Below are positions 1 to 8,833 of a stretch of 64,000 bases of DNA, one piece after another. The stretch lies in sequence record NC_031245.1. The stretch is one strand, 5' to 3'. Position 1 is the stretch's first letter, and every line of letters begins with the position of its first letter. The notes under the pieces were generated by a model. It was not told where the DNA came from. It was given only the letters and a program-made list of their open reading frames with translations, and ran no database searches. The position numbers were made by a program, and so were the translations under genes.

Positions 1-753
1 ATGAATAAGCGATTATTAGTAATATCGGACATACACGGAGAGTACGATATGTTCGTTAGGTTATTAGATAAAGTAAAGTATAATCCCCAAACTTGCCAAC
101 TAATGTTACTCGGTGACTTCGTGGATAAAGGTCCAAAGTCACGTGAGGTAATCGAGCTTGTGATGAAGTTAGTCGCTGGTGGTGCAAAAGCGTCACTTGG
201 TAATCACGAGTTGTCGTTCTTACGTTGGTTGCAAGGCGATCGATCCCGATTCCATTCCAGTACATCTTCAACCTTTAGGAGTTATGTTTACACTTCAGGT
301 AACGCTAGACGTAAGTACACTCGGTTTGAATTAGATGAGGGTAGACGTTATATACTTAAGCGTTATAAGCATCATGTCAATTTCTTAAAGTCATTGCCTT
401 ATTACTTTGAAGACGATGAGCATGTATACGTTCATGCTGGATTCGATTCATCATCCGACGACTGGAGAAAGAACACGAAGACGGATGACTTCGTATGGAT
501 TAGAGAACGTTTTTATAACAATCCAACTAATGAAGAAAAGATTACTGTCTTCGGACATACTAAATGTCGTCGATTACACGATAGTGATGATCCTTGGTTC
601 GATGGTGATAAGATTGGCATCGATGGAGGTGCATCCGAGCAAGGACAACTGAATTGCCTTGAGATACTAGGTAATAAGGAATATCGGATTCACAAAGTAT
701 TTGCACGTAATGTGCGAGGAGGTAATCAGACTTATGGAAAACAAGCAATGTAA
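1..753 (+). CDS. Calcineurin-like metallophosphoesterase (PrpA/lambda-type Ser/Thr phosphatase family)
   Basis: Motifs DIHG, GDFVDKG, GNHE, HAG, GHT and IDGG. The ATG is at base 1, so the RBS lies outside the window. Confidence 0.9.
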   Translation: MNKRLLVISDIHGEYDMFVRLLDKVKYNPQTCQLMLLGDFVDKGPKSREVIELVMKLVAGGAKASLGNHELSFLRWLQGDRSRFHSSTSSTFRSYVYTSGNARRKYTRFELDEGRRYILKRYKHHVNFLKSLPYYFEDDEHVYVHAGFDSSSDDWRKNTKTDDFVWIRERFYNNPTNEEKITVFGHTKCRRLHDSDDPWFDGDKIGIDGGASEQGQLNCLEILGNKEYRIHKVFARNVRGGNQTYGKQAM

Positions 754-976
754 AGAAGGAAAAGTTGGATGCTCGGGAGTCAACTGTGAATGCCAATGCA
801 AACACGAGAACATGAAACTGCTTGAGGTAGACTACCCTCATAACGTTATGGTTCAATGCGTTGATTGCACTAAGGTGATCCAATATAGTGGCTTAAGCGT
901 TAGATCGATTAGCACTGGTGAACTCCATGAGCAACATGATTGCGTGGAAATCGTTCTCAACGGAGGACTGAGATAA
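734..976 (+). CDS. Small Cys-rich hypothetical protein
   Basis: GGAGGT RBS at ~718-723 before ATG 734 (later than the track start); CxC and CxxC clusters. Confidence 0.55.
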   Translation: MENKQCKEGKVGCSGVNCECQCKHENMKLLEVDYPHNVMVQCVDCTKVIQYSGLSVRSISTGELHEQHDCVEIVLNGGLR

Positions 977-1272
977 CGAACTATGGGCAACTGTCCATAG
1001 GTTGAGATGCGAGATTCTACTCGCCAATTAGCAAGCGAATTTGCCCAAGGATTAGTGCTTGTTCGAGAGCAAACGAGCCAAATTAGTGTCAAATTCGCTC
1101 AAAAATCATTCGCTTTAAGCGTCTTTTAACTACATTAACTTAATTGATATAGTACACCTAAATCAATTAGTATAATTGTAAAACCAAGAGACAAGAATGA
1201 CAAAACGTCGGCGAGACACGAGGCGATAAACTTATTATTACGGTAACGCGAAAAGAGCATTCGACACGAAAT

Positions 1273-1303
1273 GCTCCTAGGAATCCTCCTAAACGTTTAT
1301 ATT
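1273..1303 (+). promoter_or_regulatory. Phage promoter motif GCT-N18-CGT(T/C)TATAHT, copy 1
   Basis: GCT at 1273, CGTTTATATT at 1294-1303, directly upstream of an RBS. The same spacing recurs in five other intergenic copies. Confidence 0.7.
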
Positions 1304-1329
1304 GGTGAGACGCTAAGGAGGAGGACACC

Positions 1330-1929
1330 ATGAATCAACAAACTCAAGATTTCTTATTAGCCAAGCATACCGCTAGTTTCACTGGTCATCGACCTAATAA
1401 GCTAGGCGGGTATGATATGAACAATCCAATTAACGTGCGTGCACGTATGGAAATTTTCCGACTAGTCCAATGGCTTGTGGAAGTTAAGAACGTCTATAGA
1501 TTTTATACTGGTGGTGCACTCGGATGGGATCAACTTGCATTTTGGGCAATTGAGAAAGTCCGTAGAATTCATCCCCATATCGAAAATATGTTAGCTATTC
1601 CTTATAGGGATCAGCCTAATATTTGGAGAGATAAATCTGCTGTAGAGACGTATTACAAAATGATAGAGACTGCTACTAAAGTTTTCTATGTTGACGAAGA
1701 ACCTCACTATGGAGTAAAGAATTCTGAACATGGTCGTTATGATATACGTAAGCTTCAGCGACGAAACGATTTCATGGTCGATAAAGGTAAATACCTTATC
1801 GCTGGATATGATGGTTCTAAAGGTGGCACTCAGAATTGCTTCAACTACGCTAGGATGCGTCGTCGGATAATTTACCAAATAAATCCTAAAGAAAATTTCA
1901 ATTTGAAGGTGTGGGATTATGCGGAATAG
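1330..1929 (+). CDS. SLOG-superfamily YspA/DUF1273-like protein
   Basis: FTGHRPNKLGGY, FYTGGALGWDQ, RRNDFMVD and YDGSKGGTQNC motifs. Confidence 0.85.
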   Translation: MNQQTQDFLLAKHTASFTGHRPNKLGGYDMNNPINVRARMEIFRLVQWLVEVKNVYRFYTGGALGWDQLAFWAIEKVRRIHPHIENMLAIPYRDQPNIWRDKSAVETYYKMIETATKVFYVDEEPHYGVKNSEHGRYDIRKLQRRNDFMVDKGKYLIAGYDGSKGGTQNCFNYARMRRRIIYQINPKENFNLKVWDYAE

Positions 1930-2374
1930 ACGACAATTAGAATGCTCAAGTGCTGGAGACAAGAGATTCTCCTCACTTTATGCTAAGGTCAGTATTTTCG
2001 GTAAAAATGATTGTATTGTAAGTCACGTTCAGTTGTCTAAAAGATTTCTTCATGAAAAACCTAAACACTGGACTGATGCTAGGGGACGTTACGCTACTCA
2101 TCTTGAGATTCAGGGAGTAAGACTGAATCCTCGACTATTAGTTCAATGGAATAAATTCTTATGGATGAAGTACCTGGATGCAAATCCTCAATTGGTTGAA
2201 GAAGCTCGAACTTACAACGTATTCACTGATAAATTCGCAGACGTGGACTCACATGATGCTGAGGCTATTAAGCAATACGTGAAGAAAGGTCGGGAGTCAA
2301 TTATTAAGGAATGCAAAGAACTACTTCAGGTAATATCTGAAAATAATCTTGCTAAACTTTCTGTCGTAAAGTAA
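1919..2374 (+). CDS. Hypothetical protein, possibly NADAR-like
   Basis: Overlaps the SLOG stop codon. The LECSSAGDKRFSSLYA motif recalls phage NADAR-related proteins; family assignment is tentative. Confidence 0.5.
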   Translation: MRNRRQLECSSAGDKRFSSLYAKVSIFGKNDCIVSHVQLSKRFLHEKPKHWTDARGRYATHLEIQGVRLNPRLLVQWNKFLWMKYLDANPQLVEEARTYNVFTDKFADVDSHDAEAIKQYVKKGRESIIKECKELLQVISENNLAKLSVVK

Positions 2375-2388
2375 GGAGGTAATCTGCA

Positions 2389-2604
2389 ATGGCTAGAGAA
2401 AATAAACGTACTGTGTATCATCGATGCCCAAATCCTAGATGTGGAAATGAAGGAGTAATGTTCCGAGTAGTTTATACTCCGAACGAGTATTACATCCATC
2501 CTCAGGATCAAGGTAAGGTATGTAATTGCCAAGATGAACCTGTTCCAGTAGGAAGTAACTTGTCTTGGGAGTTATGGGCAAGAGCTAATGGGCATCAAAG
2601 ATAA
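2389..2604 (+). CDS. Small Zn-ribbon-like hypothetical protein
   Basis: AAGGAGG RBS; CPNPRC...CNC. Confidence 0.65.
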   Translation: MARENKRTVYHRCPNPRCGNEGVMFRVVYTPNEYYIHPQDQGKVCNCQDEPVPVGSNLSWELWARANGHQR

Positions 2605-2633
2605 AATCAAACAAATCCTAGAAGGAATTTAAA

Positions 2634-2999
2634 ATGTTAGAATTTTCAAGAAGCGAAAACTTAAATGAAAGTATTTCTTTAGGAGTAATTCGTAGGGACG
2701 ACGTAGCTCAAGTCCTTGTCCAAACACATATAGCTTACGAAGGTAAGAAAATTCCTAAAAAGGAACAAAAGGATGTAGCTTTCAGATTCTTAGCTCTAGC
2801 AGTAGTTAGTGGTGGAGCGAATCAGGCAGAGAAACTTATTGCTGATAGAATCCGTGCTCATGGAGAAAACTGGAGCAAGAAAGGTCTTCTTAGTAAGAAA
2901 TACAAAGGTAACATTGATCAATATGTAGAGAGTGCAATGGCTCAAATAAAAGAAGCTATTGAAGAAGGACTTAAGAAAACAGGCTACGATCAATTGTAA
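2634..2999 (+). CDS. Hypothetical protein
   Basis: 121-aa ORF with GAAGGA RBS, in operon context. Confidence 0.7.
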   Translation: MLEFSRSENLNESISLGVIRRDDVAQVLVQTHIAYEGKKIPKKEQKDVAFRFLALAVVSGGANQAEKLIADRIRAHGENWSKKGLLSKKYKGNIDQYVESAMAQIKEAIEEGLKKTGYDQL

Positions 3000-3025
3000 T
3001 TTCAAAAAGGCTAGTAAAGTTCTCC

Positions 3026-3056
3026 GCTTGATTGGACTTTGCTAGCCGTTTATAAT
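3026..3056 (+). promoter_or_regulatory. Phage promoter motif copy 2 (also sigmaA-like TTGATT-17-TATAAT)
   Basis: GCT at 3026, CGTTTATAAT at 3047-3056. Confidence 0.75.
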
Positions 3057-3112
3057 GGTGTAAGGTTCCTTGGAAATTCTAAGGAACCTATTTATATTTG
3101 AGGAGTGATTTT

Positions 3113-3589
3113 ATGTTCACTAAAGATACGTTAGAAGAGTTAAGAAATTTACCTAGACCTGAAAACTTTGGTAGTGACCCTAGACCACTATTTAAAGATG
3201 GAGTATTCAATCCTGATAACTGGAATGGTGGAGATGCTATTCCTCTAGAGAAATACGTTCACCATTTAGACGTTACTCCATTCCACAAATACCATCATCG
3301 AGTAATTCCTGATATATTTAATCCTGATGGTGATGGTGAATATTCTGTTGATTTAATGGAAAGTCTTTATCATTGCAATGACGTATGTTTCGTAACATTT
3401 CTTATGAAAGATACTGGTAGTGATGGAGGATTCTCTAATTACTTTCCTGAGAGTACTAATACCTTAGTTTATGAGAAGTATAAATCACGAGGTCACATCA
3501 GTAATTTATTATTCAATGGTAAACCAATTACTGAAGATGAATATCTTAAGTTCCTTAATTTATTATCAGAGAGTGGTTATAAATTCTGA
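3113..3589 (+). CDS. Hypothetical protein
   Basis: AGGAG at 3101-3105 before ATG 3113. Confidence 0.7.
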   Translation: MFTKDTLEELRNLPRPENFGSDPRPLFKDGVFNPDNWNGGDAIPLEKYVHHLDVTPFHKYHHRVIPDIFNPDGDGEYSVDLMESLYHCNDVCFVTFLMKDTGSDGGFSNYFPESTNTLVYEKYKSRGHISNLLFNGKPITEDEYLKFLNLLSESGYKF

Positions 3590-3777
3590 GTAGTAATTCA
3601 TAATACCATTTCAGAATAATTCTTTAGTAGCAATTATTTCTTACCAGATTATTTCTTAGAGAATTATTTCTTAGCAACATGATTAATTATAACCTACTAG
3701 TTTCTTATTAGCTAGTAGGTTATTAATTTATTATCAAAGTATCATTTCAGAAAGTTACGTATCGAAACATTATAATA

Positions 3778-3991
3778 ATAAGTACTTATAATAAGTACTT
3801 ATAAATAATAAGTACTTATAATAAGTACTTATAAATAATAAGTACTTATAATAAGTACTTATAAATAATAAGTACTTATAAATAATAAGTACTTATAATA
3901 AGTACTTATAAATAATAAGTACTTATAATAAGTACTTATAATAAGTACTTATAATAAGTACTTATAATAAGTACTTATAATAAGTACTTAT
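3778..3991. repeat. Tandem array of 15 copies of the 12-bp palindrome ATAAGTACTTAT; candidate replication origin
   Basis: Counted directly. Centre-to-centre spacings are 13,17,13,17,13,17,17,13,17,13,13,13,13,13. The array lies in a ~550-bp AT-rich non-coding gap. Confidence 0.95.
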
Positions 3992-4081
3992 TATAATGCC
4001 TCGCTAGCTAACTTATTTGATCCCCAGCGAACTAACTAATTAATGCTCAGGGAAGAAATTTAGAACTAATTTCGATCTGGT

Positions 4082-4112
4082 GCTGTCTAGAAGTCTGCTA
4101 AACGTTTATACT
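4082..4112 (+). promoter_or_regulatory. Phage promoter motif copy 3
   Basis: GCT at 4082, CGTTTATACT at 4103-4112, upstream of the RBS of ORF 4142. Confidence 0.7.
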
Positions 4113-4141
4113 TTTGAAGTTGGCTCAAGGAGGAGTACGTC

Positions 4142-4576
4142 ATGGAATCTCATTCAATTGTCACTTATCAATCGGATGATCTAAAAGAATTTAAATTAGT
4201 AGTACGTAGGTATGTATCCAAGGATAGGTATCTAGCTGATGTAATTGAATATCAAGGATTTTCAGTTATGAGGTATTTAGCTAGAGCAGTAGAAACTTGG
4301 GTTGCTACAGAAATACTTCAGAATTACGATAACGATTGTCTATCTAAAGGTATGGTATGCACTGATATGGCTATAGGTGCATCAGCAGATAGTCAAGCTA
4401 AATTGTACTCAAGATACTTTAGTAATTTAGAAAATAATCCTTCGTACTCCGAGTTACCTGATGCACGATGTGTTAGATGCGGACATAGCGATTGCATCCC
4501 TGGTATTAACAACTTTGCCATGAAAGAGTTCTACCTTTCATGGAGGTTTGAGGTTAGACAGTTAGGAGAGATTTGA
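4142..4576 (+). CDS. Hypothetical protein
   Basis: AAGGAGGAG RBS; 144 aa. Confidence 0.7.
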   Translation: MESHSIVTYQSDDLKEFKLVVRRYVSKDRYLADVIEYQGFSVMRYLARAVETWVATEILQNYDNDCLSKGMVCTDMAIGASADSQAKLYSRYFSNLENNPSYSELPDARCVRCGHSDCIPGINNFAMKEFYLSWRFEVRQLGEI

Positions 4577-4848
4577 TGTTCTCACTCAAGACATGGACTT
4601 ACATTGTAGTTGTATTACTTGCACTCGTTCCATGGAGTTTAATCCTCTCGATGCAGGGAGGATTTGACTTCAAACCTACCTATATTATAATGGCACTCCT
4701 CGGAGTTGCTATTGCATTATATTCGCTGAAACTTTTCATGATATACAGAGGTCAGGTAGGCAAGACATATTTCTTTATCATAATACTTTTAGCAATCATG
4801 CTCACAATTTCAGGGTCAATACACATCTTAGATTACTTACAACATTAG
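4576..4848 (+). CDS. Small membrane protein (about 3 hydrophobic segments)
   Basis: TGATG stop/start overlap, AGGAG RBS, hydrophobic stretches. Confidence 0.7.
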   Translation: MFSLKTWTYIVVVLLALVPWSLILSMQGGFDFKPTYIIMALLGVAIALYSLKLFMIYRGQVGKTYFFIIILLAIMLTISGSIHILDYLQH

Positions 4849-4858
4849 GAGGATTCTG

Positions 4859-5500
4859 ATGGACTTCAAAGACATCGAGAAACTACGCACCAAGTTTGCA
4901 GCAGATACTGCAGTGTATCTGTTTGAAGGAATCAATCAGGAAGTTAGTGCTGGAACAGAAGGTACTGTACTTCATCAGGAGCACGATGGAATTTATGTTT
5001 ATTTCAAGATTATTGGGAACACTAGTACCAAGTTCTTCAGATGGGAAGAATTAATGAAAGGTAAGCTGAGAACTAAAGAGGAGTGGAAAACTCTTACTAG
5101 ATCAGCTTGGCATGATAATCAATTTACTTCAGCAATCGTCCAGCTTACTAATATCAAAACTGGTAGTACTGCTGTAAGATATGTATATGGATTCAAAAAC
5201 CTCGAAATGATTGACGAATTCATAGCAATGATGAATCGTCGTCACTGGTTCGTTATTTGGGGAGGAACTCACGATCCAGGTTCAGTAGTAGCATTGGCTA
5301 AATTCAAGCCTACTACGGATGCTCAAATTACAGTACCTAACAGTCAAGATATTGAGGATGTCTTGAGTGGATTTAAACGAATAATAAAAGAGTTAGGTCA
5401 GTATCAAATTCAAGGACTCAGACCTGATATCGAGCAGACTGCACTAGCTAAGTGTAACAAGGAATTAGAAGATTATCTCAAAAGAAATAGAGAAGAGTAG
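4859..5500 (+). CDS. Hypothetical protein
   Basis: AGGAGG RBS; 213 aa. Confidence 0.75.
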   Translation: MDFKDIEKLRTKFAADTAVYLFEGINQEVSAGTEGTVLHQEHDGIYVYFKIIGNTSTKFFRWEELMKGKLRTKEEWKTLTRSAWHDNQFTSAIVQLTNIKTGSTAVRYVYGFKNLEMIDEFIAMMNRRHWFVIWGGTHDPGSVVALAKFKPTTDAQITVPNSQDIEDVLSGFKRIIKELGQYQIQGLRPDIEQTALAKCNKELEDYLKRNREE

Positions 5501-5511
5501 GGGATTATTAA

Positions 5512-6348
5512 ATGACCAAATTACCAGACAATGCAATACCAGTTCTAGATTTAGGCTACGTTAGACTTAAACCTGATGGTACGATGGGAAATGACCTTTC
5601 AGTAGTTAATGCTGCTAGAGCTAGTTATCTGAAGGAGTCAACAGTTCTGACAGAGGGAGATATCAGATTAATAAAGTTCCTATTGAAACATTCCCATACT
5701 TCTCCTTTCCGTCAAGCTACTGCTCAGCTCGAAATCAAGGCACCACTTATGGTAGCTCGTCAGTGGTTCAAATATCGAGTAGGTCACGATCATGGTCCAG
5801 ATACTGCTGAACTAGTTGGAGTATGTGTTCCTGAAGAGTTGCAAGATTACTTCTTCGACTTTGCTAGCAAAGTATTAGGATACGTACCTGCTGGTGATGA
5901 TAACGGATTCCAGGATTTAATGTATGCTAGAAACGAAGCTAGTCGTCGATACGTAACAATGGAGCCTGAATTCTACATTCCTCAATCAGATGAATGGAGA
6001 AGTGCTCCTGAAAATAGTAAACAAGGTAGCGGAGCTCCTATCGATTCAGAGATGGGTTCTCGATTAACTAGCCTACTTGAGTCAAACGTAGCTAGAGCTA
6101 TGCATGACTATCAGTGGGCACTCGATAAAGGAGTATGTGCTGAACAGGCAAGGTTATTTCTGCCAGCTTATTCGATGTACACAGTCTGGGTATGGACTTT
6201 CTCACTTCAAGGAGCAATCCATTTCTTAGCTCAGAGATTAGAGGATGATGCTCAGTACGAGATTCAGCTCTATGCTAAAGCAGTTCTCGAGCAGATCAAA
6301 CCTCTATTCCCAGTGAGCGTAGAGAAGTTCATGGAATTGAATAAGTAA
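5512..6348 (+). CDS. thyX: Flavin-dependent thymidylate synthase
   Basis: VVNAARASY, HTSPF, KAPLMVARQW, NEASRRY, AEQARLFLP, QRLEDDAQYEI. Confidence 0.93.
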   Translation: MTKLPDNAIPVLDLGYVRLKPDGTMGNDLSVVNAARASYLKESTVLTEGDIRLIKFLLKHSHTSPFRQATAQLEIKAPLMVARQWFKYRVGHDHGPDTAELVGVCVPEELQDYFFDFASKVLGYVPAGDDNGFQDLMYARNEASRRYVTMEPEFYIPQSDEWRSAPENSKQGSGAPIDSEMGSRLTSLLESNVARAMHDYQWALDKGVCAEQARLFLPAYSMYTVWVWTFSLQGAIHFLAQRLEDDAQYEIQLYAKAVLEQIKPLFPVSVEKFMELNK

Positions 6349-6360
6349 AGTTACAATTAA

Positions 6361-6400
6361 GGCTTACCCTCTGTCTGAGTAACTTATCAGAGGGTAAGTC
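6361..6400 (+). other. Intergenic hairpin (terminator or RNA processing site)
   Basis: GGCTTACCCTCTG / CAGAGGGTAAGTC inverted repeat, 13 bp with one G-U pair. Confidence 0.6.
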
Positions 6401-6426
6401 TCTGTTTGTGTATAGGGAGGGTCAAC

Positions 6427-7098
6427 ATGAAACTGGAATTAGATTCTGAGGGGACTAAAGTAAATATAGGAGTTGAAGGTACCGTAGGTGCTGGTAAATC
6501 AACTTTAACGAAAGCACTAGCGGAGAAGTTCGGATTCAATCTGGTCAGTGAACAATTTGAAAATCCTTACTTCGATTTATTCTATAGGGAACCTGAGAAG
6601 TATGCATTCTCAATGCATATCCAGATGTTCCGTCAGCACTTCAAAGAAGTCATGAAAGCTATGGAACTAGGAAATGTTATCATGGACAGAACAATGTTAG
6701 CTAGTTTAGTATTCATGAAAGTCCTTCACCAAGAAGGTACTGTTAATGAAGTCGATTACAAAAATTATGTGGATACGATTACGACATTTGCACCTCTAGT
6801 TAAGAGTCCTGATGTTATAATCTACTTGCAGGTTTCTAAAGAAACTAGTGTCCATAGAATTATGAATCGTGGTCGTTCTGCTGAACTTAATGCTAGCATT
6901 TCGTACTGGTACAGATTGCGTGATGAATACGAGAATTGGTATAAGAATTATACTCAATCACCAAAAATATTAGTGAATGTGGACGACCTCGACTTTGCTA
7001 ATAGACCTGAGGATCTTGACAGGACTATTGATCTTATTCGTAAAGAGCTACTAAAGATAAATTGCTCTAAAGTTGCTCAAGCATTTAGAGAAATTTAG
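6427..7098 (+). CDS. Deoxynucleoside kinase
   Basis: P-loop GVEGTVGAGKST, DRT motif, lid RIMNRGRSAE; GGAGG RBS before ATG 6427. Confidence 0.92.
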   Translation: MKLELDSEGTKVNIGVEGTVGAGKSTLTKALAEKFGFNLVSEQFENPYFDLFYREPEKYAFSMHIQMFRQHFKEVMKAMELGNVIMDRTMLASLVFMKVLHQEGTVNEVDYKNYVDTITTFAPLVKSPDVIIYLQVSKETSVHRIMNRGRSAELNASISYWYRLRDEYENWYKNYTQSPKILVNVDDLDFANRPEDLDRTIDLIRKELLKINCSKVAQAFREI

Positions 7099-7109
7099 GA
7101 GGATCAACA

Positions 7110-7790
7110 ATGACTGACATCAAACTTAGTTTATCCAAACTGATAAGTCCAGATATAGTTCAAAACATGACATACTTAGAGCCTAGTCGCCACGTGGTTG
7201 ATAGCGTTTCATCATTCACCAGATATACGAATGTCATGGATAAATGTGATGAAAACATATTCCGAGCACATGGAATGAGACATGAAGTGTTAGTGCTTCA
7301 TCCGTCAAGTTCCAAATCTAGAATATCGAGAACTAACGGTATCTACCTTCCTCTCAAGGATGCTAAATATCCGTATACTCAGGTATTCCAAGTTATAGAA
7401 GGTGAGTCGATCTTCTTGCTACAAACGCAACCTTATCAGGCAGAGATTGATTGTAAGTTTATTTCTGCCGATCCAGGAGATATCGTATACATACCTCCAG
7501 GTTACGGTTATACGATATTCAATAGAGGCGATAAAGATCTAGTAATCTCATCTCTAGTTAAAAATGAAGTCTACTATGACGTACGTACAATGCAGTCGAT
7601 GGATGGTCCAGTTTATGAGTTTAGTCGAGAAGAATCTAAACTTACGTTCAGAGTAAATGACTCGTATGCTAACAGTACCGTAACTACAGAGTACGATATT
7701 AGGGATTTGGATGTTCCAGATACTTTTATCACAGGTAGTATCTATGAAGGATTCATTAATTATCCTGAAACATTTAATTTCTTAAAGTAA
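7110..7790 (+). CDS. Cupin-type glucose-6-phosphate isomerase-like protein with substituted metal ligands
   Basis: VFQVIEGESIFLLQ and PGDIVYIPPGYG...NRGDKDLV match the cupin PGI pattern; the His/Glu ligand positions are replaced. Confidence 0.65.
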   Translation: MTDIKLSLSKLISPDIVQNMTYLEPSRHVVDSVSSFTRYTNVMDKCDENIFRAHGMRHEVLVLHPSSSKSRISRTNGIYLPLKDAKYPYTQVFQVIEGESIFLLQTQPYQAEIDCKFISADPGDIVYIPPGYGYTIFNRGDKDLVISSLVKNEVYYDVRTMQSMDGPVYEFSREESKLTFRVNDSYANSTVTTEYDIRDLDVPDTFITGSIYEGFINYPETFNFLK

Positions 7791-7821
7791 GCTTGAGTCA
7801 GCTTTGCTGGACGTTTATATT
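7791..7821 (+). promoter_or_regulatory. Phage promoter motif copy 4 (TTGAGT-17-TATATT)
   Basis: GCT at 7791, CGTTTATATT at 7812-7821. Confidence 0.75.
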
Positions 7822-7848
7822 GTCGGAGTTGCTCGAGGAGGTAGTTGA

Positions 7849-8070
7849 ATGAGACTTGGAAAGTGGTTAGTAAGAGATGAAAGTGCGGTTAGCCAATACA
7901 TCAAGAATCTCCATCTCATAGAATCAGCTATAGATCCAGATGATTTGTACGTTAGTAACGCAATGTTATTGGATCATGTTATTGACAGCATAGATGACTT
8001 CTTATCCGATACGGACATTGATGAACTCGAAAGTCATCTTGAGTTAATAGCTAAGAAGGGTAGGGTATAA
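7849..8070 (+). CDS. Hypothetical protein
   Basis: GAGGAGGT RBS. Confidence 0.7.
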   Translation: MRLGKWLVRDESAVSQYIKNLHLIESAIDPDDLYVSNAMLLDHVIDSIDDFLSDTDIDELESHLELIAKKGRV

Positions 8071-8072
8071 TA

Positions 8073-8816
8073 TTGGACAATATAACAGCAGTATTTGAAT
8101 GGCTCAACATATTTAAAGGAACTCGACGTGAATTCATCGGTATGTTTAAGGGTACTCCGCTATTGACAACTGATCACTTCAGACAACGTGTATCTGAAAG
8201 ATATCCTAAAGAAGTTGAAATGATCTTAGGCAAGAACATGACTCAACTTTACGAAGATATCTCTGAGGATTACCGTAAGTATGGAGTGAACAAATACCAT
8301 AAAGGTGCTATTGATTATACCACAGAGTGTACCAATCACGAAGGTAAGAAATTCAATGTCAACTTAATGGTCAATTATCTGTCTGATAAAGTTTCTTCAG
8401 GTAGTGAGAGCCGTGATAAAATGATAAATGAACTTCTCAGTAATTACGTTAAGGAATCCGATTCTCGTAAACGTAGTCAAATTTACAAGGAATTTACTGA
8501 GGCAGTTAAGCAATATATAGATCCGAAGTATCACGATTTGGTTATCCGAGGTAAACTTCGATTAGGGGATTTTGCCGTAGCAATGATTTCTATCTTTGGA
8601 AGTGTAGCTACTCCTGAAGATATTGCAGCAGGTAAGTTACGTAAAATCAAGGCATCAGAGGATACTCGATACATCGGTCATCGTAAGTTACCAAGAACTA
8701 GTTTCAATGAAACTGAGTACAACAAATTAGTAAAATGGTCTGATAACAACATATCACATGCTGCTCGAAAGAAAAGTCGTGACGTTGTATCATATAATGA
8801 ATTTACAGTTCTATAA
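8073..8816 (+). CDS. Hypothetical protein
   Basis: 247-aa ORF filling the operon gap; TTG start is uncertain. Confidence 0.65.
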   Translation: MDNITAVFEWLNIFKGTRREFIGMFKGTPLLTTDHFRQRVSERYPKEVEMILGKNMTQLYEDISEDYRKYGVNKYHKGAIDYTTECTNHEGKKFNVNLMVNYLSDKVSSGSESRDKMINELLSNYVKESDSRKRSQIYKEFTEAVKQYIDPKYHDLVIRGKLRLGDFAVAMISIFGSVATPEDIAAGKLRKIKASEDTRYIGHRKLPRTSFNETEYNKLVKWSDNNISHAARKKSRDVVSYNEFTVL

Positions 8817-8833
8817 CGACAGGAGATGTAGTA

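Noticed and set aside
3778-3991. CRISPR array
   Set aside because: The spacers are only A or AAATA, with no unique 25-40-nt spacers, and there are no cas genes in the window.
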